Source: Lepidodermella squamata
Taxonomy: Eukaryota; Animalia; Gastrotricha
Direction of reading: 5' to 3'
Length of the DNA: 64,000 nucleotides
NCBI GenBank assembly: GCA_047495785.1
Contig: JBLDXI010000031.1
Location: 124,001-188,000 of the forward strand
The notes below the pieces were generated by a model. That model was not told where the DNA came from. It saw nothing but the letters and a program-made list of their open reading frames with translations, and made no database searches. The translations under genes were made by a program, and so were the position numbers. Below are positions 63,074-64,000 of the stretch, in pieces. Position 1 is the stretch's first letter; every line of letters begins with the position of its first letter.

Positions 63074-63260
63074 GGAGAGAAGTCAGCGACTTGTCTTGTC
63101 ACTGGCTGGTCTCGTCGCTTGAAAAACATTGAACTTTATTGGCCGTTATTACCACATGTCATCCACAAGTATTTAGATTCCAGGCTCACGTTAAGTAGAT
63201 TTCGTTGTAATGCTTGGAAAATTACAGAATAAAGCCCGTCATGAAATGATCAGCTGCTTA
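63074..63260 (+). pseudogene. 3'-end and UTR fragment of the LDLa-CCP gene
   Basis: [15 protein letters not shown], plus agaataaagcc..tcatg.aatgatcagctg matching 36830-36860. Confidence 0.75.
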
Positions 63261-63356
63261 CAATTGAAAATTGTCCGACCCTGCTTATGCAAATAGTGGA
63301 GCTTTCAGTTTCTTAATTACAGACTATTACAGGCTGACTATTACAGTAGGAAGAAG

Positions 63357-63425
63357 CAGGGCCGGATTAACGCATATGCACAGAGGGCACGTGCCCAGGA
63401 GCCGCCAGTCAAAAGGGGCCGCCAG
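63357..63425. mobile_element. Probable left end of a hAT-type element
   Basis: cagggccggattaac...gggcacgtgccc is a typical hAT MITE terminus. No partner end found in the window. Confidence 0.45.
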
Positions 63426-64000
63426 AAAGTGGTGAAATGTTCGCTTTTACTAAACATTCCCGGAAGATTTTTGGGCCTTTATTAGGTCGTTATTCTTTGC
63501 AATTGAGAGCCTTTCCAAGCATCCGGATCAACCCATTTTCTTGTATTTTGCTAAAATTTTGCTCGCTTCGCTCGCAAGTTCGTCAACTTTTATTCACTTT
63601 TTTATCAGTACTCCCCCTATTCAATTAATTTTGAACAAGCGTTAACTCATTTGGGGGTTTTAATGAAGAATGAATGAGAGTCAAATCCTCTTGCCACAAT
63701 TGTTTCGGAGTCAGAATGAGACGGGAAAACAAGGATTTTTCTGCATGAGAAAAACGATTTCCAGGAATATTCTTGGAAAATTTCTCACTTCGCTCGTGGT
63801 AATGTGACAATATTCCAATTTGCGGTTATTTTGTTGGAAAATGGAAAGCACTTATGAACGCCAACTCATTTAGCAATACTGGGTGGCTTGTAGCAACAAA
63901 ATACCAAAGCAAAATTAAATGTTAGAAGTTAGAAGGAATTATTGTTTAATGAAATTTAATCCCACTGTTTAATCCCATCAGGAATTTGAGAAAATTGACT

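Noticed and set aside
2100-63810. Many 60-130 aa ORFs in the track
   Set aside because: They are antisense or alternate-frame shadows of called genes, or chance ORFs in repeats, with no recognisable motifs.

Overview
Animal (invertebrate-type) nuclear DNA with mostly 45-75 bp GT-AG introns; the organism cannot be named from sequence alone. The first 16 kb is transposon-disrupted. It holds POLK exon 1 next to a seemingly identical 898-bp tandem duplication, a small secreted PAN/apple-like gene, a NOSIP last exon with no upstream exons visible, piggyBac/hAT/MULE remnants, a 4.3-kb P-superfamily element with a spliced, catalytically intact transposase, and two tandem genes each encoding seven homeodomains. 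From 17 to 63 kb is a birth-and-death cluster of cell-surface and secreted genes: 10 copies of a minimal, divergent Cys-loop ion channel (5 intact, 2 insertion-disrupted, 3 fragments), an intronless GABA-B-like class C GPCR plus a pseudogene, three dienelactone-hydrolase-family enzymes with signal peptides, two degenerate Kunitz-like secreted proteins, and LDLa-CCP secreted genes (2 intact, 2 fragments). One channel gene is split in its M2 helix by an 8.4-kb non-coding, internally repetitive element. The best candidate for an undescribed system is this co-duplicated receptor/scaffold/hydrolase neighbourhood; a chemosensory role is inference.
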